A DNA stretch of 63,267 bases from Candidatus Dadabacteria bacterium (GTDB lineage: Bacteria > Bdellovibrionota_C > UBA2361 > J046). Within the stretch, counting starts at the first letter, position 1. Every line of letters starts with the position of its first letter. A program made the position numbers and the translations under genes. The stretch covers positions 1 to 63,267 of the forward strand of contig RFHI01000055.1 of the NCBI GenBank assembly GCA_003696425.1, in the 5' to 3' direction. Of this stretch, positions 50,593 to 60,223 are shown piece after piece. A model generated the notes under the pieces. The model ran no database searches, was not told where the DNA came from, and saw nothing but the letters and a program-made list of their open reading frames with translations.

Positions 50593-52371
50593 TTAGTGTA
50601 GTTCAGAAACAGATGAACGTCTGCTCTTTTCGTCCTGAATATCATACAACCAGATATTCTTCCGTACTGCAGTTAAAGCCCTTCTGTAATTACTCTCTTT
50701 AGAGTTAATTTTAACAGCGAGACGACTGGCGCAGGTGTCAGCCTGCAGGACATCATTAATTTTCTGGCTGTCAAAATCGCTTACCTGTAGTAACGGTACA
50801 TTATCAAGAAAGATCCTGGCAGTTAATGTTATACGCAAATGCAACTCAATATTCTCGGGATACGACTCACCGCACGTAAAAAAGTACCTGAACCCGGGCA
50901 GTTCATCCTGCAAAAGCCGCAATTTGTGAAGATGCACGAAACGCTCTTCCCAACTGTCATTTTGACTTATCCGCAAACAACAACACGAGCCTGCGCCGTA
51001 CCTGTGCACCCAGCGCACAACACGCAGCCATTCTTCAGCACTAAAACTTGTATGCCCCGCTTCTCTCATGCGCGTGGTAATTAACAGCTCACCGCCTTCA
51101 GCAGATACCGCATCTAAACCTGCAGTCACCAGACGGGCAATTGCTTCCTGGGTGCTGATTCTATTTCGTCTTGCAAGCAGTATCAGCTGCCCGACCGAAA
51201 AAGCTTCAATAAACAACCCGTAGCGTTCCTTAATTTTATGGAAAAGGGTTTCGTAATGTTCAATTTTGTTTAAACGTGAATTCTGAGGGTCAAATCTTAA
51301 GCTTTTAATGCCACTCTCAACCATTCTTTGCAAACGACTTTCCAAAATATTCTTGTCACGCAAGTGTTCTTCTTGATGCAGCACCTGTACCGCAAATGAA
51401 GGCTTTATCACAACTTTTGAACGCAGCTGCTCGGCCACCATTGACAAATCAGCAATTGAAGCCTTGCGTGCCAACCGTACAGCAGAGGAAATATCAAGCC
51501 GTTTACCGTCTAATACATTCTGTAAGATCTGCCAGACGGGCATAGCAGCGACTGAGCTGCCCGCTTCTTTTTTAAATAGCGAGTAAACAGCAGGCCTGTA
51601 CCGGCACGCTGGCAACAAATTACAATCCGCTGACATATCCAGAAAATTCTGCAAGCCCTCTATTATTCTTGAATTTAAATAATAAGCAAAGGCCTGTCTC
51701 ACTGTGTTAACGTATTTTTCAGATTCCTTCAGTTTTACATCATCTCCAACCGTAACCGGCCTTGCCAGCGACAATCGTGCTGTAGCAGATTGCTGCAGCG
51801 CCCGGTTTAAGATCTGATGCTGCTTAACAGTAAGCGCTCCCGGCCGCATTGCCCAAACAAGTGCAACAAACGGCAATCCTGTTACCCGATACCACTCTCT
51901 GACGAGATCAGTACAGCGCATACCTTCACAAGTGGGAATAACTGGCGATTCGTCCAGAACAAGTAATGCTTCGTTCCTTGCCAGCATATCGCCAGTTACA
52001 TAATCCGGAGTTCTAACCAGCATCGGCGAAAAACTCCAAAAGCGCTTAAGCAATAACCGCAGAAGCAACGCTGACGAGCTCGATCCCTGATAGAGATAAA
52101 TACGTGATATACCTTCCAGTGGCACACGGTGGTAAAGCTTAATAGTGCCATGGCCTGTACGGGAGGCCAGTCCATAATTAAGGCCTACATACCCTCCATG
52201 CGCAGCTAACTCTGCTACCGGGATTAAGGCAAGGTCTACTTCTCCTTCATGCAATTTACGCGCACTGGCAGTTGCGCTGTTTTCCTGATACTCAACAAAA
52301 TCCAGGCCGGCCAGGTGACGGTACGGCATTGTTATAATATAATTTGTATTAGAGACCTTTATTCTTTTCAT
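50593..52371 (-). CDS. mqnA: MqnA-like (chorismate dehydratase, futalosine pathway) fused to a radical-SAM-like MqnC/MqnE/CofH-type barrel lacking the Fe-S motif
   Basis: 592 aa. The N-terminal 270 aa or so show the MqnA/VitK2_biosynth pattern (NTNYIITMPY...EGEVDLALIPVAE...GSSSSALLLRLLL). The C-terminal 300 aa or so are colinear with MqnC/E (GKRLDISSAVRLA...LRITLTARIFLDNVPLLQVS), but SFAVQVLHQEE occupies the place of the CxxxCxxC segment. Confidence 0.65.
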   Translation of the reverse strand: MKRIKVSNTNYIITMPYRHLAGLDFVEYQENSATASARKLHEGEVDLALIPVAELAAHGGYVGLNYGLASRTGHGTIKLYHRVPLEGISRIYLYQGSSSSALLLRLLLKRFWSFSPMLVRTPDYVTGDMLARNEALLVLDESPVIPTCEGMRCTDLVREWYRVTGLPFVALVWAMRPGALTVKQHQILNRALQQSATARLSLARPVTVGDDVKLKESEKYVNTVRQAFAYYLNSRIIEGLQNFLDMSADCNLLPACRYRPAVYSLFKKEAGSSVAAMPVWQILQNVLDGKRLDISSAVRLARKASIADLSMVAEQLRSKVVIKPSFAVQVLHQEEHLRDKNILESRLQRMVESGIKSLRFDPQNSRLNKIEHYETLFHKIKERYGLFIEAFSVGQLILLARRNRISTQEAIARLVTAGLDAVSAEGGELLITTRMREAGHTSFSAEEWLRVVRWVHRYGAGSCCCLRISQNDSWEERFVHLHKLRLLQDELPGFRYFFTCGESYPENIELHLRITLTARIFLDNVPLLQVSDFDSQKINDVLQADTCASRLAVKINSKESNYRRALTAVRKNIWLYDIQDEKSRRSSVSELH

Positions 52372-52381
52372 TTAATCAGCT

Positions 52382-53419
52382 TCACTGTACCCTGCTACAA
52401 CGGCTGCGGCTGCCCGACTTTTTGCTGAGAACTTCCCTCAATCTCTCTATCCTGTCTATTCCAAGCGCATCTGCCGTAAAATCATCCACAGCGCCATAAC
52501 CAAAATCATTGGCACCAAACCGCTTTGCCATCCGCATACCTTCCAGCGAAAGCGCCACAGAGGTAGCGCGTATAAAGCGAATTTTATCAAGAACTATAGC
52601 ACCTATGGCTGCAACTCTAAGCACCCGAAGTTCAGCTGCTGCACTGCCCCTCTCAAGCAAACTGGGAATCCATAGATCAAGAGTCCGATCGCGATCCATT
52701 ACCTCCCGTAAATGCTTTAGAACATCAACAATTTCCTGATCGGAACTTATTAAATCAAGATTAGTTCTGACAGCATAAGTGAGCCCCACTTCTTTTAACA
52801 AATGAAGCCGCTCAGTTGCCGCCGTACCAAGTACCCCACTTAAACCTGCTTCCTTCAACTGAATTAATCTGCTGACCACAAGATCATCTGGCAGCGAGCC
52901 AGACCCACCCGCACGAGTCCCCATAATTTCTCCAACTGACGAGCCCAGAATTTTAACAGGCCCGAAGCGCTGCCTGATTTCACTAAAAAGCCGGGTAATT
53001 GATGTTTTAAGTCTCTCAAAGGGAATCTGATCAACAAGCACAGCAGGCCTGCTACTTGCACACTCTGCAATACGCTTAAATGATCGCTCTATCAATTCTA
53101 ACTCACTACACTCCCATAACCACGAGCTTAACGGCAATACCAGAATTGGTTGCGGCAATCGCAACTCCCGTAATCGTCCCGGGCATAGCTCAATTAATTT
53201 CAATAAAAGCCCTGTGGAAGCTTTTTCAACCAGAAATTTCATTTCATCCGTTGTCAGGCGCTCGCCCGACAATACTTTGTGACCAATATCAAGGGCGTGA
53301 TACTCTTTCAGGCAGCGTTCGATAAACGGATTTAGTTTTCCTTCTATTAAAGAGGTCTCAAATTTATTTAGATCTACTTTTTTCCCGGCGATAATGCCAA
53401 ATTTTGCTATATTACCCAC
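52382..53419 (-). CDS. radical-SAM-like (MqnC/MqnE/CofH-type) TIM-barrel paralog lacking CxxxCxxC
   Basis: 345 aa with a GTG start. GERLTTDEMKFLVEKAS...RVAAIGAIVLDKIRFIRAT...RFGANDFGYGAVDD is colinear with MqnC/E family ends. There is no Cys triad. Confidence 0.55.
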   Translation of the reverse strand: MGNIAKFGIIAGKKVDLNKFETSLIEGKLNPFIERCLKEYHALDIGHKVLSGERLTTDEMKFLVEKASTGLLLKLIELCPGRLRELRLPQPILVLPLSSWLWECSELELIERSFKRIAECASSRPAVLVDQIPFERLKTSITRLFSEIRQRFGPVKILGSSVGEIMGTRAGGSGSLPDDLVVSRLIQLKEAGLSGVLGTAATERLHLLKEVGLTYAVRTNLDLISSDQEIVDVLKHLREVMDRDRTLDLWIPSLLERGSAAAELRVLRVAAIGAIVLDKIRFIRATSVALSLEGMRMAKRFGANDFGYGAVDDFTADALGIDRIERLREVLSKKSGSRSRCSRVQ

Positions 53420-53682
53420 TCTTAGGTTTACACCTTAAAATTAACTATATTGAAGACCAGGACAGGACGGCTGGCCCCTTTCCCCCAAACGGCATTAGAT
53501 AGTTATTACTAACTCTGCCGACCAGCCATAAACGCACACAGGTTACGTCACTCTTAGGGAGTACTTACCCACAGCTGCTCAAAACCCGCTACTAGAGAAT
53601 ATCAATTTTCAGCAGGCTGTGCAATCATACAGGGGGCTTACAGATGTGTTCCTACTGCCAGATAACACGCCGATAATACGCA

Positions 53683-54417
53683 TTAATTCGGGCCTGTAAT
53701 GTAATACAAGTATCCTATGCCGCCGCTTAAGGATCGAAAGCCTCCCGGTTTAAAACCACAAGCTTCAAAAATACTTAAAAGAGCATTTCCACAGGGAAAT
53801 GTTTCTGATGTCTGAGGAAGATAAGAATAGGCTTCACGGTTCCCTGTTAACAGATAGCCTATTAATGGAATGCAGTATTTTGAGTACAACCTAAAAATAT
53901 ACCGCCAGGGCTTAAACTGAGGTTGACCGAATTCAAGTACCAGTAACTGTCCGGCAGGTTTTAGCACCCGTCTGATTTCCATCAGACCATTGTGAAGATT
54001 TTCAAAATTACGAATACCAAAGGCCACTGTAATCAGGTCAAAACTATTATCTTTAAATGGCAATCGGAGCGCATCTCCCTGTAATAACGCAGCATGAGAT
54101 GCGTTCCTACTTATACACTTTTTAACGCCAAGTTTTAACATCGGGAAACAAAAATCTACAGCAACAACCCGCTTAAAGTGAGATGCCAGTGGTGGAACCA
54201 GATCAGCAGTGCCAGTACAAAGATCCAGTGCACACCCTGCACTATTACTTCTAACCATTTGTAATAAAGCCCGCCGCCATAAAAAATGGGCACCGCCGCT
54301 TAAAACGGTATTGGCCAAGTCATAGTGTCCGGCGATAGAGGCAAACATGCTGCGGACCTTGCTTGATTCTTTAATATTATCAGTCCCTAAGACTTTTACT
54401 GAAGATCTGCTGCCCAT
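53683..54417 (-). CDS. ubiE: demethylmenaquinone/ubiquinone C-methyltransferase
   Basis: 244 aa. VRSMFASIAGHYDLANTVLSGGAHFLWRR and LDLCTGTADL (SAM motif I), RLPFKDNSFD and FGIRNF. Confidence 0.85.
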   Translation of the reverse strand: MGSRSSVKVLGTDNIKESSKVRSMFASIAGHYDLANTVLSGGAHFLWRRALLQMVRSNSAGCALDLCTGTADLVPPLASHFKRVVAVDFCFPMLKLGVKKCISRNASHAALLQGDALRLPFKDNSFDLITVAFGIRNFENLHNGLMEIRRVLKPAGQLLVLEFGQPQFKPWRYIFRLYSKYCIPLIGYLLTGNREAYSYLPQTSETFPCGNALLSIFEACGFKPGGFRSLSGGIGYLYYITGPN

Positions 54418-54546
54418 AATAGCGATCTAACATTATTATGCTTTAATGCCAACGACACTATGAAATATTATTTACAGATTAGCAGCGCAGGCCGACAATA
54501 AACCAAAGCAAGAATCAAAATTATAGCCTTAGTGTTTTAATAACTT

Positions 54547-55428
54547 ATGATTGCTGCGCTGACTGAAAAATTATGCTTTGCCTTTCCTCTGGTTGCTGCA
54601 ATTTTCTTTCTGCGCATCCCTCTTGAGCCTGAACTGCTTCAAAAATACCTGGAGCGACTTTTAATTTTAATTTTAGTTTATCTAATCTGGCTGCTCACAT
54701 TACCAGCAATTGTTAAGGTTGCTAATCTTAAAAAATATAAAGTTGGAAAAATTTACCGGATATCAGGATGGCTTATAACGCTTGCTCTAATCATACTGTC
54801 AGTTTTTCTCCTGCAGGTAGTTTACAATCACTTTAACTTCAGAACATTCCTGGTCGTTGCGAATGCTATGGCCTGCGAAGCGCTTACAGTTGCTCTTAAG
54901 TTGAGAAATTACAGGCTCCCTGCCCTTCTAACGAGATTTGCTGCATCCTCTTCTTGGGGCATAGCTGGTTTCGCCGTTTTTCAAAATACTCTCTACTGGC
55001 AAACCGTGGTGTTATCCGCCGGAATAGCGCTGGTACTTACCACAACAGATATTGCTGAGTCCGTTCCCATACCGGCAAAAAGTGACGTTAAGCGCTCCCG
55101 TAAAAGGCAAAAAAGAAATAAGTCGGCAAAATCCATAAAAAAAAAAAAAAACCTTGCAACTTATTTGTCACACCCTCTGCCTGTAGAGAAACTCTATCCG
55201 GCTTTTCTTTTTGGTGGACCAGCCCTATTGGTTGTTCTTTACCTTTTAAAGGAGCTTCCGGAACGCTACGGTTTTATACTGATAGCGCCGTCAACCATGA
55301 TTCCATGGCTTACGGTGTTGCACGAACAGAAAGAGCTAAACGAAACTGCCAGAAAGAGCTTTATTTATCAGAATCGCCTGGCCGTGCTGCTGTTTGTTGT
55401 TATTATTGTGGTTTTTGGTATATTTTAA
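54547..55428 (+). CDS. polytopic membrane protein with Lys-rich cytoplasmic loop
   Basis: 293 aa, about 8 TM helices. The loop KRSRKRQKRNKSAKSIKKKKN is encoded partly by an A15 run. Confidence 0.5.
   Translation: MIAALTEKLCFAFPLVAAIFFLRIPLEPELLQKYLERLLILILVYLIWLLTLPAIVKVANLKKYKVGKIYRISGWLITLALIILSVFLLQVVYNHFNFRTFLVVANAMACEALTVALKLRNYRLPALLTRFAASSSWGIAGFAVFQNTLYWQTVVLSAGIALVLTTTDIAESVPIPAKSDVKRSRKRQKRNKSAKSIKKKKNLATYLSHPLPVEKLYPAFLFGGPALLVVLYLLKELPERYGFILIAPSTMIPWLTVLHEQKELNETARKSFIYQNRLAVLLFVVIIVVFGIF
55137..55151 (+). repeat. A15 homopolymer inside the CDS
   Basis: Counted directly: ata aaa aaa aaa aaa aac encodes IKKKKN. Confidence 0.95.
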
Positions 55429-55463
55429 ATGACTATTTACTTAGACTTTAAAGGTATACAATC

Positions 55464-56225
55464 GTGCATGCAGCTAAATTACTATCAATAGCTACAATCT
55501 TACTGCTCATACCAATACACAGCATAGTTGCTGCACCTGGTACATCATCCGGCAGTCCTCGTTCAGTAGAACTGAACGAACGCGGAGTAAAACTCGCCAC
55601 TATGGGAAAACTTGCTGAAGCAGAGAAGTATTTCCGACAGGCACTAGCTGTTGACCACGGCAATATTACAGCCGCTTTTAACCTGGCCGGTATATATTTA
55701 AGAATGAGTAAAGCTGGTGCTGCTATAAAACTACTTAAGGAATATACAGTCAGTTATAAAGAAGATGCCGGCCTCTTCGCCAGGCTGGGAGATGCCTATT
55801 TTGCTACCAAGGACTTAAAACACGCCAGAGAAAGCTATGAAAACGCTTTAAAACTTGATCCTAACTATAAAGGCGTACATTCAAAGCTTGCAACAATAAT
55901 GCTTATGAACAATGATTTGGCCTCTGCTGAAAAGCTGCTGTTGCGAGCAGCTGAACTGGATCCATCCGATGAACAGGTTCTGGCAAATCTTGCAAGTGTT
56001 TTTCTGGCAACCGGCAAGGCTGAAAAAGCTATTAGTACAGCTAAAAGGGCACTACAAATACAGCCCTCAAGCGATCTCTATATAACTCTGGGAAGCGCAT
56101 ACGAGCTGTTAAATGACCCTGCAAATGCCCTGATTGCTTTCAAACGCGCTCGTGACTTGGGATCAAAAGATAAGCACCTGCTGTCAAAAATTTCAGCACT
56201 CGAAAAAATTAATTCTAAGGGATAA
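55464..56225 (+). CDS. secreted tetratricopeptide-repeat protein
   Basis: 253 aa with a GTG start and a signal peptide. Several 34-aa TPR units (AEKYFRQALAVDHGN, ARESYENALKLDPNY, AEKLLLRAAELDPSD, etc.). Confidence 0.75.
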   Translation: MHAAKLLSIATILLLIPIHSIVAAPGTSSGSPRSVELNERGVKLATMGKLAEAEKYFRQALAVDHGNITAAFNLAGIYLRMSKAGAAIKLLKEYTVSYKEDAGLFARLGDAYFATKDLKHARESYENALKLDPNYKGVHSKLATIMLMNNDLASAEKLLLRAAELDPSDEQVLANLASVFLATGKAEKAISTAKRALQIQPSSDLYITLGSAYELLNDPANALIAFKRARDLGSKDKHLLSKISALEKINSKG

Positions 56226-56228
56226 TTG

Positions 56229-57737
56229 ATGAATAAAAACGACGATCTCCTATCCAAGATAGTTTCCCTTGCAAAGCGTCGTGGTTTTATATTTCAGAGC
56301 AGTGAAATTTACGGTGGTTTGAAAAGCGCCTATGATTATGGGCCATTAGGCGTTGAACTCAAGCGGAATATCGCCAATCAGTGGTGGCGTACAATGGTGC
56401 TTGAGCGTGAAGATGTGGTCGGGTTAGATGCTGCAATTATGATGCATCCTAAGGTGTGGGAAACTAGCGGCCATGTATCAGGATTCTCGGATCCTTTAGT
56501 AGATTGCCTTAACTGCAAAGAGCGCTTCAGGGCTGATAAGGCTCCACAACTACCAGTTGGAACAGCCGTAACCTACCGGCAGGGTGGAAAGCCAAACGGG
56601 AAAGAGATAAGTTCAGTCGTCGGGGAACGTGGTTATGTCTGTCCCAACTGCAATTCAACTGAATTATCTGACGAACGTCAATTTAATTTGATGTTCAGAA
56701 CTTCAATTGGCCCAATTGATCCGGTTGATAGTTTTATTAATGAAATTGCTGAAAAAAAGCTCTCGCGCCAGGAATTACGCGAAAAATACGAAGAACTTCT
56801 CTCTAAGTCAGTTATCTACCTGCGCCCGGAAACTGCGCAGGGCATATTTATGCAGTATCTTAATGTCCAGCAGTCTCTTTCAATGAAAATTCCTTTTGGC
56901 ATAGCTCAACAGGGCAAGGCATTTCGTAATGAAATTACTACTGAACGATTTATCTTCAGAACCTGCGAGTTTGAGCAGATGGAAATGGAATATTTTGTTG
57001 AGCCCGGCACACAGCGACAGTGGCTGGAATACTGGACCTCGGAGCGCATTAAGTGGTGGCAAAGCTTTGCTAACAACAGGGACAATTTCCGATTACGCGA
57101 GCATACCCCCGATGAACTGGCACACTATGCGGATTGCTGTTTTGACATAGAATACCGTTACCCCTGGGGCTGGGATGAACTTGAGGGGGTAGCTTCCAGG
57201 ACAGACTACGATCTCTCTAAACATGCTGCAGCAAGCGGAGTCAAACTCTCGTATTTTGATCAAACCAGGACAAATCCAGACACAGGCAAACCAGGTTGGC
57301 GTTATACACCCTACGTCATTGAACCGGCTTCGGGTCTTACTCGTGCAGTACTGATGTATTTACTTGATGCTTACTCTGAAGAGAGCGGAATAGACGCACA
57401 AGGAAGAGAAAAAACGCGCACACTACTAAAACTCCATCCGCTGCTAGCGCCAATCAAAGTGGCCGTACTCCCACTTGTCAAAAAAGATGGATTGCCGGAT
57501 ATTGCCAGGAAAATCGTAGAAAAATTCTTTAAAGCAGGTATCAATGCCTCTTATGATGAACAACACTCTATTGGGAAGCGCTATTCACGACACGATGAAG
57601 TAGGCACGCCGTTTTGTCTTACAGTTGATCACCAAACCAGCACAGATGATACTGTAACCATTAGGGATCGCGACACTACCAGGCAGGAGCGCATCCCGAT
57701 CGATAAAGCTCTTGAAGTAGTTAAGGCAAAATTATAG
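56229..57737 (+). CDS. glyQS: glycine--tRNA ligase, homodimeric (alpha2) type
   Basis: LAKRRGFIFQSSEIYGGLKSAYDYGPLGVELKRNI, RPETAQGIF, FRNEITT and the class-II motifs, with a C-terminal anticodon-binding domain. ATG 56229 is preferred over TTG 56226. Confidence 0.9.
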   Translation: MNKNDDLLSKIVSLAKRRGFIFQSSEIYGGLKSAYDYGPLGVELKRNIANQWWRTMVLEREDVVGLDAAIMMHPKVWETSGHVSGFSDPLVDCLNCKERFRADKAPQLPVGTAVTYRQGGKPNGKEISSVVGERGYVCPNCNSTELSDERQFNLMFRTSIGPIDPVDSFINEIAEKKLSRQELREKYEELLSKSVIYLRPETAQGIFMQYLNVQQSLSMKIPFGIAQQGKAFRNEITTERFIFRTCEFEQMEMEYFVEPGTQRQWLEYWTSERIKWWQSFANNRDNFRLREHTPDELAHYADCCFDIEYRYPWGWDELEGVASRTDYDLSKHAAASGVKLSYFDQTRTNPDTGKPGWRYTPYVIEPASGLTRAVLMYLLDAYSEESGIDAQGREKTRTLLKLHPLLAPIKVAVLPLVKKDGLPDIARKIVEKFFKAGINASYDEQHSIGKRYSRHDEVGTPFCLTVDHQTSTDDTVTIRDRDTTRQERIPIDKALEVVKAKL

Positions 57738-57769
57738 CTTCATCTGCGTACTAGCATAATAAACCACTG

Positions 57770-58492
57770 ATGAAAGACACACGGAAACAAGATCGTTTAA
57801 CAGCAATAGCTGTTTTTGTCATTAGCCTAATAGTTACAAGCTATGCATACGCAACCTTAATACGTGAGCAGAGAGCTATCAGCAGCTTGGTGCATAAATT
57901 GCAGCCAGGACACAGCAGTTACATAATTAGCTCTGCCGAAAAGTGCGCTGGAAATTTTTCGCTAGACTTTACTCCAGCAAGAGAAAAGTCTGTTCTAAAA
58001 GTCAAAGGATCCCTAAATGTAAAGCTTACTGAGAAAACGCTGCTGCTCCCCTTTTCGTTTGAAGCTGTATTCAACGCACTTGGCCAACTAGGTGGCAGTA
58101 TATTGCGTGTTTCAATCGCAAATATTGAAATTCGAGCCGGAACTTCTGAAATTAATCCGATCAAATTCAGCCTGAGTGTTAGTAGCGACAGGGCAAACAT
58201 CCGCAAAGAAGTTGTTGCCCCCGGGCCAATTGAGCTGGCATCAGAAGGGCCCGGGTCTTACAGCATTAGATACAGCCAATTAAAACTTCCTGCTTATATG
58301 CTTGAGCAGGTTGAGCGTCAACCCTTAATCAAGAGCCTTAAGATAAAAGTATACAGAAGTAACAAAAATCACCTTGACTGCAATAAGTATACCGGAGCAA
58401 TAGATATATCCTGGTTGAATAACAGTTATAACCAGCTATCAAATCTTGGTTTGCATAAAGTAATTCAATTAATGCTAAACAATTCGAAGTGA
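57770..58492 (+). CDS. membrane-anchored hypothetical protein
   Basis: 240 aa with an N-terminal TM anchor. It overlaps the next gene by 4 nt. Confidence 0.5.
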   Translation: MKDTRKQDRLTAIAVFVISLIVTSYAYATLIREQRAISSLVHKLQPGHSSYIISSAEKCAGNFSLDFTPAREKSVLKVKGSLNVKLTEKTLLLPFSFEAVFNALGQLGGSILRVSIANIEIRAGTSEINPIKFSLSVSSDRANIRKEVVAPGPIELASEGPGSYSIRYSQLKLPAYMLEQVERQPLIKSLKIKVYRSNKNHLDCNKYTGAIDISWLNNSYNQLSNLGLHKVIQLMLNNSK

Positions 58493-60195
58493 GCAAACTT
58501 TTAATTTTAAGACCGAAGATTCTTTCAATTCGCAATCAGTTGCGTTTAAACCGCAGCAGCTTATCTACCACTATTCGTGATGCTGTTATTCTATTGTTTG
58601 CCTTAACGGTTGTGCTCGCAATTTTTCGGGGCACACTTGCAGCACTCGCTAAACTTGAAAGCTTTAAGCAACTGGCATACCTTCCGCCATCCCAGCCAAT
58701 AGCTTTGGTTCTTATGCTGTTGTTTTTCAGTCTGGTTATTACCGGTTTTGCAACTGCACTTGGCACTCTCTTTTTGGCTAAGGATCTTGAGCTACTACAC
58801 TCCTCACCTATAAGTATGCGTAATTTTTTTATCGGCAAGCTTATTTACATTACGCTGCAATCTTCGTGGATGCCATTAATATTCCTGCTGCCTTTTTTAG
58901 CTGCTTTTGGTTGGGCATATAATGTCTCTTTCCTCTTCTATATCACTGCAGTAGCGTTACTTGTTCCGTTCTTTTTGATTGCATCTTCTCTGGGGATAAT
59001 TATCGCCATAGCTTTAACTGCCACAGTACCTGCTAATCGAACCAGATCATTATTATGGCTTGTCATTGTTTTGGGACTTTATGGGCTGTATTATGTGGTT
59101 GAACTGGTTTCGAGTGCAGGAGGAGGGGGAACAGGAGTCATTGACGTTATTCGAAGCATCGCGGTTCTCTCTGCTCCACAGGCCATATGGCTTCCTTCAA
59201 ACTGGGTAGCAGCTATAATTGGAGCTATACTTGAACCGCGCCTGGCAGACGATAGTGCCATACGACTCACGGCACTTATAAGCACCACCTTTCTCTTGTG
59301 TAGCCTGGCTTATCTGTTGTTTGATGGGCTATATTTAAAAGCCTGTTCATTAACACGAAACACTCTTGGAAAAAACGCTTCCTCTGGAACCACACTTCTT
59401 GTGCTTCCTGCAAAACTCTTCTCATTAAAATCACGGGCTTTTTCCGCTATCTTTTTAAAGGATTACCGCAATATAATGCGCGACCTGGCTCAGTCTTCTC
59501 AGCTTTTAATCTTAATTGGAATCTGTCTAATCTATGTCTATAATCTTCGCATTTTTCACACAGTAGAGAGTTTGCCTGAAGGTATTCGTGAAACCTGGCA
59601 GGAGTTCCTTGGTATAGCCAATATAGGGATCGGGGCTTTTATTGCAACGGCGATGTGCACTCGCTTTGTATTTCCCTCCATTTCTCTGGAAGGACGTTCA
59701 ATTTGGATACTACAAACTGCTCCAATCAAAACAACTGACATCTTATGGGCTAAATTTTACAACTGGATTTTTTCAGTGTCTCTGGTAGCAGTAATAATTT
59801 TTAGCTGTGGAGCTCTCATAACCGGTCTTTCGCTGGAAATTGCAACATTGCATACAGCAACTGCTGTAATTATATGCTACGGCCTTGTTGGCCTGGCCGT
59901 AGGATATGGTGCCTACTTCGCTAATTTCAACTGGGAGCACCCTTCAGAGCTAGCCGCGAGTTTTGGCAGTTTGTGTTATATGCTGTCAGCCATTATTTTA
60001 ATTTTGCTCAGCATACTTCCGGGAGCTTTTGCCATTTATCTTGCAGGACGTCTACCCGCAGCGCTGGGACTCACCAGGATTACCTGGTTAGCCGGGATTA
60101 GCTGCGGACTTTTTTTGCTGTTCATGATTAACAGAATGGTGGCACGCACAGCCTTAACGACTGGCGCCAGAAAGCTGAACGAACGTCAAACTTAA
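58489..60195 (+). CDS. polytopic membrane protein (possible ABC-2/exporter-type permease)
   Basis: 568 aa with more than 10 TM helices and a GTG start overlapping the upstream stop. No ATPase partner is present in the window. Confidence 0.5.
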   Translation: MSKLLILRPKILSIRNQLRLNRSSLSTTIRDAVILLFALTVVLAIFRGTLAALAKLESFKQLAYLPPSQPIALVLMLLFFSLVITGFATALGTLFLAKDLELLHSSPISMRNFFIGKLIYITLQSSWMPLIFLLPFLAAFGWAYNVSFLFYITAVALLVPFFLIASSLGIIIAIALTATVPANRTRSLLWLVIVLGLYGLYYVVELVSSAGGGGTGVIDVIRSIAVLSAPQAIWLPSNWVAAIIGAILEPRLADDSAIRLTALISTTFLLCSLAYLLFDGLYLKACSLTRNTLGKNASSGTTLLVLPAKLFSLKSRAFSAIFLKDYRNIMRDLAQSSQLLILIGICLIYVYNLRIFHTVESLPEGIRETWQEFLGIANIGIGAFIATAMCTRFVFPSISLEGRSIWILQTAPIKTTDILWAKFYNWIFSVSLVAVIIFSCGALITGLSLEIATLHTATAVIICYGLVGLAVGYGAYFANFNWEHPSELAASFGSLCYMLSAIILILLSILPGAFAIYLAGRLPAALGLTRITWLAGISCGLFLLFMINRMVARTALTTGARKLNERQT

Positions 60196-60223
60196 ATGTT
60201 ATTTCAGGCACAAGAGATACTTT

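Noticed and set aside
53420-53682. 263-nt gap inside the ubiE-to-radical-SAM-like operon as a possible riboswitch or sRNA
   Set aside because: I could draw only short, unconvincing stems. There is no terminator and no known riboswitch core. Rfam and RNA-seq could revisit this.
54547-55428. MenA/UbiA-type prenyltransferase, suggested by size, TM count and position next to ubiE
   Set aside because: The two Asp-rich motifs (NxxxDxxxD and DxxxD) are absent.
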